Positions 8,062 to 16,849 of a stretch of 62,803 nt of DNA are shown here, one piece after another. The position numbers and the translations under genes are program-made. Within the stretch, counting starts at the first letter, position 1; every line of letters begins with the position of its first letter. The stretch is from an uncultured Gammaproteobacteria bacterium (GTDB lineage Bacteria; Patescibacteriota; Patescibacteriia; UBA1558; S5-K13). The stretch is from the NCBI GenBank assembly GCA_964486685.1, contig CAZAOE010000004.1:1-62803 (forward strand). The letters are read 5' to 3'. A model generated the notes under the pieces. It worked only from the letters and a program-made list of their open reading frames with translations, did not search any database and was not told the DNA's origin.

Positions 8062-9583
8062 AAATATAAAATGGGTTTGGAGTCATAGAAGAAAAATGTC
8101 TATACATCATTTAGATATTTTTGTGTCTGGTCTAATGAATAATGGTTTTTCCCCGGCCTTAGATTATATGCAAAAAAATCAATTAGCTATTACCTTATCA
8201 GGGAATGACACCTATTTATTTGATGATAAAAATGAATTAGAAAAATTATATGATTCAATTTTAAAACAAAGTAAAAGTAAAATATTTATTCAAAATCTAT
8301 ACAAACGAAACGAAGAACTTTTTGGTAGTTTATTATTATTATCAGGTGATATGCAAAAATCTAATTTATCATTGTACAATGAAAAAAAACTAATCGAATT
8401 GTATAATAACTTTATAAACCACATTACTCAGGCTCCCTTGATTAGAATACAACTTACTGGCATAGATGCCTGTTGGTCTAAAAATTCACCATTAAAAAAA
8501 GAATTGCTATCAAGAGCTAAAAACGATAGTCAGTACAAAAAATGGGTACAAATTATATCGCATTTTGATGGTGAAAGCGTAGCCAAAACAGAACAGATGG
8601 ACTTTTTACTATTAGTAAATGAATTCTATAAAAAAAATCAACTCAAAAATTTATTGAAACAAGGAAACATGAACTTAGTTAGTAAGTTAATAAAAAACAA
8701 ATATCAACCACTCAAGGCATTATTATCTAATCATATAGTCAAATATGAATGGATTAATTCAGAATACACTGGACAAAAATGGTGCACTAATAGATGGTTA
8801 GAAGAAATATCTAAATCTTTATATGACAATCCATTAAAAAAAATTGAAAGGGTTAAAAAAGAAGAAAAACTAAAAAATTTAGCCAAGCAAAAATTAATCA
8901 AAAAATTAAAATTTAGCAAAAGCAGTTTACAAATAATAGACGCTTTGAATTGTTTTTCAACTATCAGAGATTGGTCAAAAGGATATTTTGTTAGAGCTTT
9001 ATTAGATTATAGATTTTTATTAAATGAAATTAGTAATCGCCTAAAAATTAAATATGAAGATTTATTATATTTTAATATTGATGAAGTAAGATATATATTT
9101 AAACAAAATAAATTTGATCAAAAAGAATTAAAAACTAGAAAGAAAAACAACGCCGGGTTACTAATGATTAATGCTAAGAAAAAAATATATACAAATCAAA
9201 GGGTCATAAAAAAATTAAAAAATACTAATGCAGTAAAAGAAGTTCTTTCAAAAAAAAATAAAATAAAAAAGTTTAAAGGTGAAATTGGCTACCCAGGCAT
9301 TGTAAAGGGTAAAATAAAAATTGTTTTACAATCAAAAGATATCAAAAAAATAAAAAATGGTGATATTTTAGTTACTTATATGACAACAATGGAATTTACT
9401 CCTATATTTAAAAAAATATCAGCCCTCATTACTGACGAAGGCGGTATTTCTTCTCACGCTGCAATTATTAGTAGAGAATTCAAAATACCTTGTATCGTGG
9501 GAACAAAGGTTGCTACAAAAATTTTGAAAAATGGAGATATGGTGAAAGTAGACGCAAATAATGGAATAATTACTAAAATGTAA
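8051..9583 (+). CDS. protein with a C-terminal PEP-utilising-enzyme mobile (swivel phosphohistidine) domain; N-terminal ~400 aa unrecognised
   Basis: 510 aa. The C-terminus GDILVTYMTTMEFTPIFKKISALITDEGGISSHAAIISREFKIPCIVG matches the PEP-utilizer swivel domain. Confidence 0.7.
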   Translation: MKNKNIKWVWSHRRKMSIHHLDIFVSGLMNNGFSPALDYMQKNQLAITLSGNDTYLFDDKNELEKLYDSILKQSKSKIFIQNLYKRNEELFGSLLLLSGDMQKSNLSLYNEKKLIELYNNFINHITQAPLIRIQLTGIDACWSKNSPLKKELLSRAKNDSQYKKWVQIISHFDGESVAKTEQMDFLLLVNEFYKKNQLKNLLKQGNMNLVSKLIKNKYQPLKALLSNHIVKYEWINSEYTGQKWCTNRWLEEISKSLYDNPLKKIERVKKEEKLKNLAKQKLIKKLKFSKSSLQIIDALNCFSTIRDWSKGYFVRALLDYRFLLNEISNRLKIKYEDLLYFNIDEVRYIFKQNKFDQKELKTRKKNNAGLLMINAKKKIYTNQRVIKKLKNTNAVKEVLSKKNKIKKFKGEIGYPGIVKGKIKIVLQSKDIKKIKNGDILVTYMTTMEFTPIFKKISALITDEGGISSHAAIISREFKIPCIVGTKVATKILKNGDMVKVDANNGIITKM

Positions 9584-9909
9584 TTAAAGTACTTTAAAGT
9601 TAAAAAGTTATCCACAACATTGATAATATATAAAAATCCTGAAAGCTATAAGCTAATTACTATTTATCTACCGAAGTCTAATGATGTAGGTAGGAAACCT
9701 AAAGAGATGGGAAGTTACTTGGGCTAATTTGATGACTTTATTTGAAAGTTTAGCTTTGGGAATTACTGATGATGATTTGAATAAAATAGGAAGTGGAAAT
9801 TTAGGTAATTAAAAAAACCGCTAAGGGACAAAACCGCTTAGAGGTTCTTTCTAATGTGTATTCTAATTAAATTATAGAATAACGAAGTAAAATAGTCAAT
9901 AAATAAAAA

Positions 9910-10938
9910 ATGAATAAAAAAATACCTGACAATCAAATAGCATTTTATCAATCTCCAGATGGGTCAATAAACATTGAAGTATTTTACGCAGAAGAAAATA
10001 TTTGGCTAACGCAAAAGAAAATTGCAGAACTTTTTGATACGACTTCACAAAATATAACCATGCATTTAAAAAATATTTACAATGAAAGAGAAATTGAGAC
10101 AAAAGCAACTTGTAAGAATTTCTTACAAGTTCAAGAAGAGGGCGCAAGAAAAGTAAAAAGAAAATTGACTTTTTATTCATTAGAAGCGATTATTGCTGTT
10201 GGTTATAGAGTAAATTCCGAAAGAGGTACTCAATTTCGTCAATGGGCAATTACTATTTTACAACAGTATATTCACAAAGGATTTGCCCTAGATAGTAATC
10301 GTTTTAAATACGGATCCCGATTTAGCACAAGATTTTTTGATGATTTATTAGAGGAAATTAGAGATATTAGAAATAGTGAAAGAATGCTATATCAAAAAAT
10401 TACAGATATTTATGCCACAAGTATAAATTATTCTCCAAAAACTTCTGAAACTAAAAAATTCTTTGCCACCGTACAAAACAAATTACATTTTGCCATTACA
10501 GGTCAAACCGCAGCAGAAATAGTGGGTAAGCGAGCTAAAAGTAATAAACCTTATATGGGTTTAAGATCCTGGCGGAAAAGCCCTCAAGGAAAAATTATGC
10601 CAAGCGATGTGATAATTGCTAAAAATTATTTGGGCAAAAAAGAATTAGATCATCTAAATAGAATTGTCACTATGTATCTTGATTATGCTGAGCTTCAAGC
10701 TGTAAGAAGAAAACCAATGAATATGAAAAACTGGATAAAAAAATTAAACTCTTTTCTAAAATTCAGTGAATACGAAATATTAACTAATACTGGAAAAATT
10801 AGCCATGAAATTGCCGAAACATTAGCACTTAAAGAATATGATAAGTTTAAAAAAGCACAAGATAAAGATTATATTTCTGATTTTGATGAAGAAGTAAAAA
10901 AAATTTTAGACCAAAAAAACAAAAAAATTACCACTTAA
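9910..10938 (+). CDS. RhuM-family (virulence-associated) protein
   Basis: 342 aa. The N-terminal FYQSPDGSINIEVFYAEENIWLTQKKIAELFDTTSQNITMHLKNIY ... AVGYRVNSERGTQFRQWA pattern is characteristic of the RhuM family. Confidence 0.8.
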   Translation: MNKKIPDNQIAFYQSPDGSINIEVFYAEENIWLTQKKIAELFDTTSQNITMHLKNIYNEREIETKATCKNFLQVQEEGARKVKRKLTFYSLEAIIAVGYRVNSERGTQFRQWAITILQQYIHKGFALDSNRFKYGSRFSTRFFDDLLEEIRDIRNSERMLYQKITDIYATSINYSPKTSETKKFFATVQNKLHFAITGQTAAEIVGKRAKSNKPYMGLRSWRKSPQGKIMPSDVIIAKNYLGKKELDHLNRIVTMYLDYAELQAVRRKPMNMKNWIKKLNSFLKFSEYEILTNTGKISHEIAETLALKEYDKFKKAQDKDYISDFDEEVKKILDQKNKKITT

Positions 10939-11103
10939 AAATGGCAATTTATAATAGTGTCGTGCTACGGTTTACAATGATTGACCGTGAGAGGGTAAAG
11001 ACCCTACACGAACACTATAAATAATATATCATAACAAAACAAAAAAGTCAAAAAGTTATCCACAGTGCAAATTATTTATATAAAATCACTAAAACCTAAT
11101 TAT

Positions 11104-11418
11104 ATGCAAAAATTATCTAAACTACAAAAATATATTTTAAAAAAGTCCTTAGGATATAATAGAGGAGGGGTTGATAAAAATATATTTTTTAAATTTTATG
11201 AAAGGATTAAAAATAAACCAAAAGATATTGAAAATGTGATTATTAAAAGTTTGAATCGTTTAATTGAAAGGGATTTAATTGTAGCTTTTTGCAAAAAGAC
11301 CAAATACAAAACTTTTATTCAAAAAATACTTTTGACCCCTGAAGGTAAAAAAATAGCCAAACAATTATGGGGAACTCAAGAAAAATTACCAATGAAATAT
11401 AAAAAATCAAAAAAATAA
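11104..11418 (+). CDS. small basic hypothetical protein (possible winged-helix)
   Basis: The ORF track starts at GTG 11065. I prefer ATG 11104 (MQKLSKLQKYILKK...) because 11047-11064 is repeat sequence. No family recognised. Confidence 0.4.
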   Translation: MQKLSKLQKYILKKSLGYNRGGVDKNIFFKFYERIKNKPKDIENVIIKSLNRLIERDLIVAFCKKTKYKTFIQKILLTPEGKKIAKQLWGTQEKLPMKYKKSKK

Positions 11419-11440
11419 TTTAACAATTAACCACAAACCT

Positions 11441-12040
11441 ATGCCAATTAAAAAACAAATTTTAAACCATCTTGAAAAAAACAACATTAAATATGAGGTA
11501 TTAAATCACCGTAAAGTGTATACTGCCTTTGATGCTTCCCAAACCTTAAAAGTTCATCCTCAAGAAATTGCAAAATCATTAATCATTAAAATCAAAAAGG
11601 ACTTTTATATGGTTATTTTGGGAGCAAATAAAAATATTGATTTTAAAAAAATTGCTCAAAAATATAAATTAGCCAAAAAAAATATTCAAATACCTTCAGA
11701 AAAAATACTTAGCAATAAATTTAAAATCAAACCTGGCTCAGCTCATGTTTTTGGTTCTTTATATAAAATACCAACTATTATTGATAAATCTTTTACTAAT
11801 TTAACTAGTGCTGTTTTTTCATCGGGAAGTTTCACGGAAAGTTTTAGAATCAAGCTAAAAGATTATTTAAAAATAGAGGAGTGTGAAATCTTTTCTTTTG
11901 GAAAAGTTAAAAAGTTAAAAATAAATAAAATTAAACCAAAGAAAAAAGTCACCAAAAATAAAACTAAAAAAACTAAGAAACCAAAAAACAAAGGAAACAA
12001 GAAACCAAGAAAGCAAAAAAACAAGAAAATAAATAAATAA
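11441..12040 (+). CDS. YbaK/ProX-type aminoacyl-tRNA deacylase domain protein with a lysine-rich C-terminal tail
   Basis: 199 aa. The first ~155 aa resemble the YbaK/EbsC editing domain. The last ~45 aa are KKLKINKIKPKKKVTKNKTKKTKKPKNKGNKKPRKQKNKKINK. Confidence 0.65.
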   Translation: MPIKKQILNHLEKNNIKYEVLNHRKVYTAFDASQTLKVHPQEIAKSLIIKIKKDFYMVILGANKNIDFKKIAQKYKLAKKNIQIPSEKILSNKFKIKPGSAHVFGSLYKIPTIIDKSFTNLTSAVFSSGSFTESFRIKLKDYLKIEECEIFSFGKVKKLKINKIKPKKKVTKNKTKKTKKPKNKGNKKPRKQKNKKINK

Positions 12041-12047
12041 AACCACA

Positions 12048-12120
12048 ACTTGCAACTTTTAAACTTTTATCCTGTTGAATTATCGCTTTGCGATACTATT
12101 CAACAGGATGAACTTGTAAC
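12048..12120. repeat. CCCGTWA-type hairpin with TATCGCTTTGCGATA centre (family copy 2 of 3)
   Basis: ACTTGCAACTTTTAAACTTTTATCCTGTTGAATTATCGCTTTGCGATACTATTCAACAGGATGAACTTGTAAC, ending 5 nt before the scpA ATG. Confidence 0.85.
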
Positions 12121-12124
12121 TAAT

Positions 12125-12841
12125 ATGACTAATTACCAAATTAAACTACAAGATTTTGAAGGACCCTTAGAGCTATTATTAACCCTGATTAACGACAATA
12201 AATTAGATATTAGTAAAATTTCTTTAACCCAAATTACTGATGAATATCTAGAATATATTAATGATAATCAAAGCTTAGATATTGATGAAATGGCTGATTT
12301 TCTAGTCGTGGCCGCTCGCCTATTATATATTAAATCAAAATTAATTTTGCCCGAGGCTCTAAATTTTGGAGAAGACGAAGATCAAATTGAACTAGAAAAA
12401 CAATTAAAAATATATAAAGAGTATTATCAAGCTCGGAAGATTATTCAACAAATAATCAACCAAAAAAAATTCAGCTATTCCCGCACAAGTCCTCTTATAA
12501 AAATAAAAGCTCAATTCCGACCACCAAAAAATATAAAAATACTGGATTTAAAAACTAAATTTGAAAAAATAATTAATTCTATCCAACCCCTAATAGAAAT
12601 TAAAGAAAAAAGAACCCTCAATAAAACTATTAGCATTATAGAAAAAATAAATTATATCAAATCAATCTTAAACAATAAATCACAAATACAATTTCAAGAA
12701 ATTTTAAAAGACCAAAAAAACAAAACCGAAATAATAGTTTCTTTTTTGGCCCTATTGGAGTTAATAAAACAAAAAACCATTCTAGTAGAACAAAAATCCA
12801 TGTTTAAACAAATTATTATTAATACTTATAATCATGAATAA
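12125..12841 (+). CDS. scpA: segregation and condensation protein A
   Basis: The DFEGPLELLLTLI motif lies at the N-terminus. The track's TTG start at 12050 reads through the repeat, so ATG 12125 is preferred. Confidence 0.85.
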   Translation: MTNYQIKLQDFEGPLELLLTLINDNKLDISKISLTQITDEYLEYINDNQSLDIDEMADFLVVAARLLYIKSKLILPEALNFGEDEDQIELEKQLKIYKEYYQARKIIQQIINQKKFSYSRTSPLIKIKAQFRPPKNIKILDLKTKFEKIINSIQPLIEIKEKRTLNKTISIIEKINYIKSILNNKSQIQFQEILKDQKNKTEIIVSFLALLELIKQKTILVEQKSMFKQIIINTYNHE

Positions 12842-13382
12842 AAAATTAGTATATTTAGAAAGTATTTTATTAATATCTGACCGGGCTTTAAAAATAAAAG
12901 ATTTGGCTAAAAAATTAAATTTAGAAAAAAAAGAGCTTAAAGAATCAATCGAAAATTTAAAAGAAAAATTCAATATTGAAAATAGTGGCATCCATTTATT
13001 AATGGCCAATGATAAAATACAATTCACCACCAATCCTTTAAGTGAAAAAATTATTAAGGAGTTTGTTAAAGAAGAATTAAATAGTAATTTAACCGATGCC
13101 TCTTTAGAAACCCTGACTATTATTGCCTATCGCGGACCAATTACTCGTTCAGAATTAGAACAAATTAGAGGTGTAAATTGTAGTATTATTATCCGCAATT
13201 TATTAATTAAGGGGCTAATAGCAAGCCAAACAAACAAAGAAAAAATGACCGAAGTTTATAATATAACAATTGATTTCTTAAAATATCTAGGAATTAATGC
13301 TCCGCACGAGCTTCCTAATTACGAAAAATTAAATAGCGATGAACTAATAAATAAAATCCAAGAAGCAAAGTCAGATGATTAG
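12834..13382 (+). CDS. scpB: segregation and condensation protein B
   Basis: 182 aa with LESILLISDRALKIKDLAK and TLTIIAYRGPITRSELEQIRGV, typical ScpB tandem winged helices. Overlaps scpA by 8 nt. Confidence 0.85.
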   Translation: MNKKLVYLESILLISDRALKIKDLAKKLNLEKKELKESIENLKEKFNIENSGIHLLMANDKIQFTTNPLSEKIIKEFVKEELNSNLTDASLETLTIIAYRGPITRSELEQIRGVNCSIIIRNLLIKGLIASQTNKEKMTEVYNITIDFLKYLGINAPHELPNYEKLNSDELINKIQEAKSDD

Positions 13383-13441
13383 AAAATTATTTTTGCTACA
13401 ATTTTGTAATCATTTTAATCTAATTCCTAAATTTTAATTTA

Positions 13442-14374
13442 ATGTCTTTAATATTAATTATTTCTAATATCCTCTTAATTACTAATTTAATCAGTTTACC
13501 AATAACTCAAAATTTTTATTTTGAAACTAATAATCCAGATGCCGAAGAAATATTTTTTAATATTCAATCCGAAAAAAATTCTACTCCCAATTTTCCACTG
13601 AAAAATCCTAGCGATTCTTTGGGCGTTAAAGTTTCAGCTCAGTCAGTTTTAGTAAAAGATTTTAATACCGACAAAATACTCTGGTCTAAAAATAAAGACG
13701 AAATAAGATCTATAGCCAGCATTAGTAAATTAATGACAGCCATGGTGATGCTAGATTTAGAAGAAATAGAATTAGATAAAGAAATAAAAATAGAAAAAAA
13801 TGATCTTAATGGAGATTTTAATAAATTAAAAATATATAATTGGGAAACAATAAAATTCATAGATTTATTAAGAGTATCTTTAATCACTTCATCAAATACA
13901 GGAATTAAAATTCTAACTAAAAATACCGGCCTAAGCGAAGAAGAATTTGTAAAAAAAATGAATCAAAAAGCCAAATATTTAAACCTGGAAAACACAAAAT
14001 TCACTGACCCCACTGGTTTAAATAAAGATAATGTTTCTACGGCCCAAGAGCTTATTAAAATGACTAAAAAGGCCTTTTCCTATCCAGAAATAGAACAAGC
14101 CACTTCGCAAAAAAATTATTCTTTTCAGACCATTAACTCCCAAAGGTGGATTAATGTTGAAAATACTAATGATTTAATAGGAGGGTATTTAAATATAGAA
14201 GCCGGTAAAACTGGCTACACAGAAGAAGCTGGTTATTGTCTTATATCAAAAATCAGCTATCAAGAACAAGGACCAATATTAATAGTGGTTTTAGGAAGCG
14301 AATCACATTATCAACGATTTTCTGATTTAAAAAGTGTTTCCACTTGGATATTTAATAATTATACTTGGAAATAA
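13442..14374 (+). CDS. D-alanyl-D-alanine carboxypeptidase (S11 serine peptidase)
   Basis: 310 aa with an N-terminal hydrophobic segment, SxxK motif SIASISKLMT, SSN and KTGYT motifs. Confidence 0.8.
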   Translation: MSLILIISNILLITNLISLPITQNFYFETNNPDAEEIFFNIQSEKNSTPNFPLKNPSDSLGVKVSAQSVLVKDFNTDKILWSKNKDEIRSIASISKLMTAMVMLDLEEIELDKEIKIEKNDLNGDFNKLKIYNWETIKFIDLLRVSLITSSNTGIKILTKNTGLSEEEFVKKMNQKAKYLNLENTKFTDPTGLNKDNVSTAQELIKMTKKAFSYPEIEQATSQKNYSFQTINSQRWINVENTNDLIGGYLNIEAGKTGYTEEAGYCLISKISYQEQGPILIVVLGSESHYQRFSDLKSVSTWIFNNYTWK

Positions 14375-14827
14375 ATGCCGGAAATTTTAACAATTTTATA
14401 TGCCACTCTACCCATTAATGAATTAAGGGGTACTATACCTTTAGCCATTAGTTGGGGCATTAAACCAATTTATGCTTTTATATTGGCTGTTATTGGTAAT
14501 AGTATACCTGTTTTTATTTTACTATTTGGATTAGACAAACTCTCTGCATTTGCTCAAAAACACTCTTTGTTTTTAAATAAAATCTTAAATTGGGTATTTC
14601 AAAGAACTAGAAAAAAAACCGAAAAAGCTATTAAAAAATATAGTTCTTTGGCTTTATTTTTCTTTGTGGCCATCCCTTTGCCTTTTACTGGTGCCTGGAC
14701 CGGCTCAATAGCCGCCTGGTTATTTGGCATACCATTTAAAAAAGCAATTTTGCCAATTATAGCTGGCATTATCACGGCTGGCATTATCGTTACCTCTTTA
14801 TCTATTGGCTTATTCTTATACATTTAG
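14375..14827 (+). CDS. small membrane protein, small-multidrug-export-like family
   Basis: 150 aa with 4 TM segments. The N-terminal LPINELRGTIPLAI...IGNSIPV pattern resembles the Sm_multidrug_ex family. Confidence 0.55.
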   Translation: MPEILTILYATLPINELRGTIPLAISWGIKPIYAFILAVIGNSIPVFILLFGLDKLSAFAQKHSLFLNKILNWVFQRTRKKTEKAIKKYSSLALFFFVAIPLPFTGAWTGSIAAWLFGIPFKKAILPIIAGIITAGIIVTSLSIGLFLYI

Positions 14828-14846
14828 ATATAATATAAATAATTAT

Positions 14847-15641
14847 ATGGCTTTAGAAAACGAAAAAATAATATTAGCAAATTGGAAAATGCAATTGTCC
14901 TATCAAGAAACAATTGATTTGGCTGAGGCTTTAAAAAAAGAATTAAAAAAATATAAAAACAAAAAATTAGAAATTGGATTATGTGCTGATTTTATGACTA
15001 TTCCTAAATTGTCTGAAATACTAAAAGATACTCAAATAAAATTGGGCTGTCAAAATATTTTTTGGGAGGACAGGGGAGCATATACTGGAGAAATAATGAT
15101 AGATAATCTTAAAAATTTTAATGTTCATTACGCTATTATTGGCCATAGCGAGCGCAGAAAATTCTTGCAAGAATCCGATGAAATGATCAATAAAAAAATT
15201 AAGCAAGCTCTAAAAAACAAAATCATTCCTATTTTATGTGTCGGAGAAAATTTTGAAGAAAGACAAAATGGCCAAAAGGACTTAGCCATCATTAAACAAA
15301 TCAAGTCGGCTTTATCGGAAATAAAAACAAATGATATAGAAAAAATCATTATAGCTTATGAGCCCATCTGGGTAATTGGCTCTGGTCAGGCCATTCAAGC
15401 CGAAGAAGCAGAACACACTAATAGGATAATTAAAGAGGTGGTCTTAGATACCCTAATGACTGCAGACAAAAATCTAAACCGAAAAAGCTTAGACAATAAA
15501 ATTAAATTAATATATGGTGGCAGTATTGATGCCTCAAATATTCTTAACTTTATTAAACAAAAAAATATTCAAGGAGTTTTAGTAGGTAGCGCTAGTTTAA
15601 AAAAAGAAAAATTTATCCATTTAATCAATGCTATAATTTAA
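14847..15641 (+). CDS. tpiA: triosephosphate isomerase
   Basis: ANWKM, IIGHSERR and AYEPIWVIGSG motifs. ATG 14847 is preferred over the track's TTG 14805. Confidence 0.9.
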   Translation: MALENEKIILANWKMQLSYQETIDLAEALKKELKKYKNKKLEIGLCADFMTIPKLSEILKDTQIKLGCQNIFWEDRGAYTGEIMIDNLKNFNVHYAIIGHSERRKFLQESDEMINKKIKQALKNKIIPILCVGENFEERQNGQKDLAIIKQIKSALSEIKTNDIEKIIIAYEPIWVIGSGQAIQAEEAEHTNRIIKEVVLDTLMTADKNLNRKSLDNKIKLIYGGSIDASNILNFIKQKNIQGVLVGSASLKKEKFIHLINAII

Positions 15642-15668
15642 ATTATTTAATCCATTAATTATAAAAAT

Positions 15669-16553
15669 ATGTTTTTAAATATAATATTAATATTAGTAAT
15701 TATAGTCGGATCGGCCGGGATTTTATCTATAACTTCCAAAAAAATACCACAATTAAAAAGAGTTGACCCAAAAAATATTCCCGAATCAAAACAAACCCAA
15801 ACCAAAAAATATATATTAGAAAAAAAATTCAAAAACGACATTGATTTATTTAAGAAAAAAATTATTGTTTTTGGTAAGCCAATTTTTTCTACTATTTATA
15901 AATATCTAAAAAATATTTATCAAGAAATTTATAAATTAGAAAAAAAATATAAAAATAAATTGATTAGAAGTCAGTTTGAAGATAAAATCTCTCAAGAAGA
16001 CAAAATAAATAAATATTTAGAAAGAGCAGAGGAGTTTAAAAATAATAAAGAATGGAGTAGTGCTGAAAATGAATACATTCAAGCCCTAAAATTAGATATG
16101 CGTAATTTTGATATTTATAAAAAATTAGGCAATTTATATTTTCAAAGCAAGGACTATAAAAAGGCCAAAGAAACCTATGAATATATTATTAAAACAGAAA
16201 ATGATGATACTATATATAATAAGCTCGGAGAAATATCAACCCAAAAAGGAGATTTAAAACAGGCCTTATTAAACTACAATAAGTCAATAGAAATAAAAAA
16301 TAATAATCCTATTTATCATTATAATTTGGCTGATATTAATCTGCGTTTAGATAAATTAGAAGAAAGCTTAGAAAGTATAAAAAAAGCCCTAAATATAGAA
16401 CCGGAAAACCCCAAATTTCTTGACTTTCTAATGGATTTAAGTATAATTATGGGAGACAAAGATCTGGCTAATAAGACCTTAAATGAGTTAATGGTAGTCA
16501 ATCCTAATAATAAAAAAATAGCTGAAATTCGAAGAAAGATTGATAATATTTAA
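15669..16553 (+). CDS. TPR-repeat protein with N-terminal membrane anchor
   Basis: 294 aa with an N-terminal TM helix and several 34-aa TPR-like units (AENEYIQALKLD..., YKKAKETYEYIIK..., ALLNYNKSIEI...). Confidence 0.7.
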   Translation: MFLNIILILVIIVGSAGILSITSKKIPQLKRVDPKNIPESKQTQTKKYILEKKFKNDIDLFKKKIIVFGKPIFSTIYKYLKNIYQEIYKLEKKYKNKLIRSQFEDKISQEDKINKYLERAEEFKNNKEWSSAENEYIQALKLDMRNFDIYKKLGNLYFQSKDYKKAKETYEYIIKTENDDTIYNKLGEISTQKGDLKQALLNYNKSIEIKNNNPIYHYNLADINLRLDKLEESLESIKKALNIEPENPKFLDFLMDLSIIMGDKDLANKTLNELMVVNPNNKKIAEIRRKIDNI

Positions 16554-16697
16554 AACTTTGTCTATTTTTTTATTTTTTAAATTTAAACTTTTTGCCGTTG
16601 TAGCTTCCACCATAATTCTTCGTTCTACTCAGAATTAAGGCGAGTAAGCAGTTGGTTAAATATTTTAAAATAACAAAATTAAAAAATTTAAACATTT

Positions 16698-16773
16698 GCC
16701 GTTGTAGCTCAGTTGGTAGAGCAACGCCATGGTAAGGCGTAGGTCTCGAGTTCAAATCTCGACAACGGCTCCA
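16698..16773 (+). tRNA. tRNA-Thr (anticodon GGU), CCA encoded
   Basis: GCCGTTG acceptor pairs with CAACGGC. Anticodon stem is ACGCC/GGCGT with loop ATGGTAA. T arm TCGAG-TTCAAAT-CTCGA. Ends TCCA. Confidence 0.9.
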
Positions 16774-16849
16774 TTCTAATTAATAGTTTAATTGCATAAT
16801 AGGGTAATAGTTTAATTGTTTATATATTATAAATAAAAGAAAAGCGATT

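Noticed and set aside
9723-9810. 26-codon ORF (TTG start; MTLFESLALGITDDDLNKIGSGNLGN) upstream of the RhuM gene as a possible small peptide or gene remnant
   Set aside because: It is too short, lacks an ATG and any recognisable family, and cannot be supported without comparative data.
9608-11064. Two perfect DnaA-box 9-mers (TTATCCACA at 9608-9616 and 11056-11064) as a possible oriC
   Set aside because: There are only two boxes, 1.45 kb apart, and both lie inside a longer direct repeat. I see no box cluster, no obvious DNA-unwinding element between them, and no dnaA or dnaN nearby. A duplicated leader explains them better.
12050-12124. N-terminal extensions proposed by the ORF track (scpA from TTG 12050, tpiA from TTG 14805, lysS from TTG 40893, DUF559 from 59187, pgk from 60506, 11065 GTG)
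   Set aside because: The extensions translate intergenic repeat elements. Conserved protein N-termini begin at the downstream ATG in each case.
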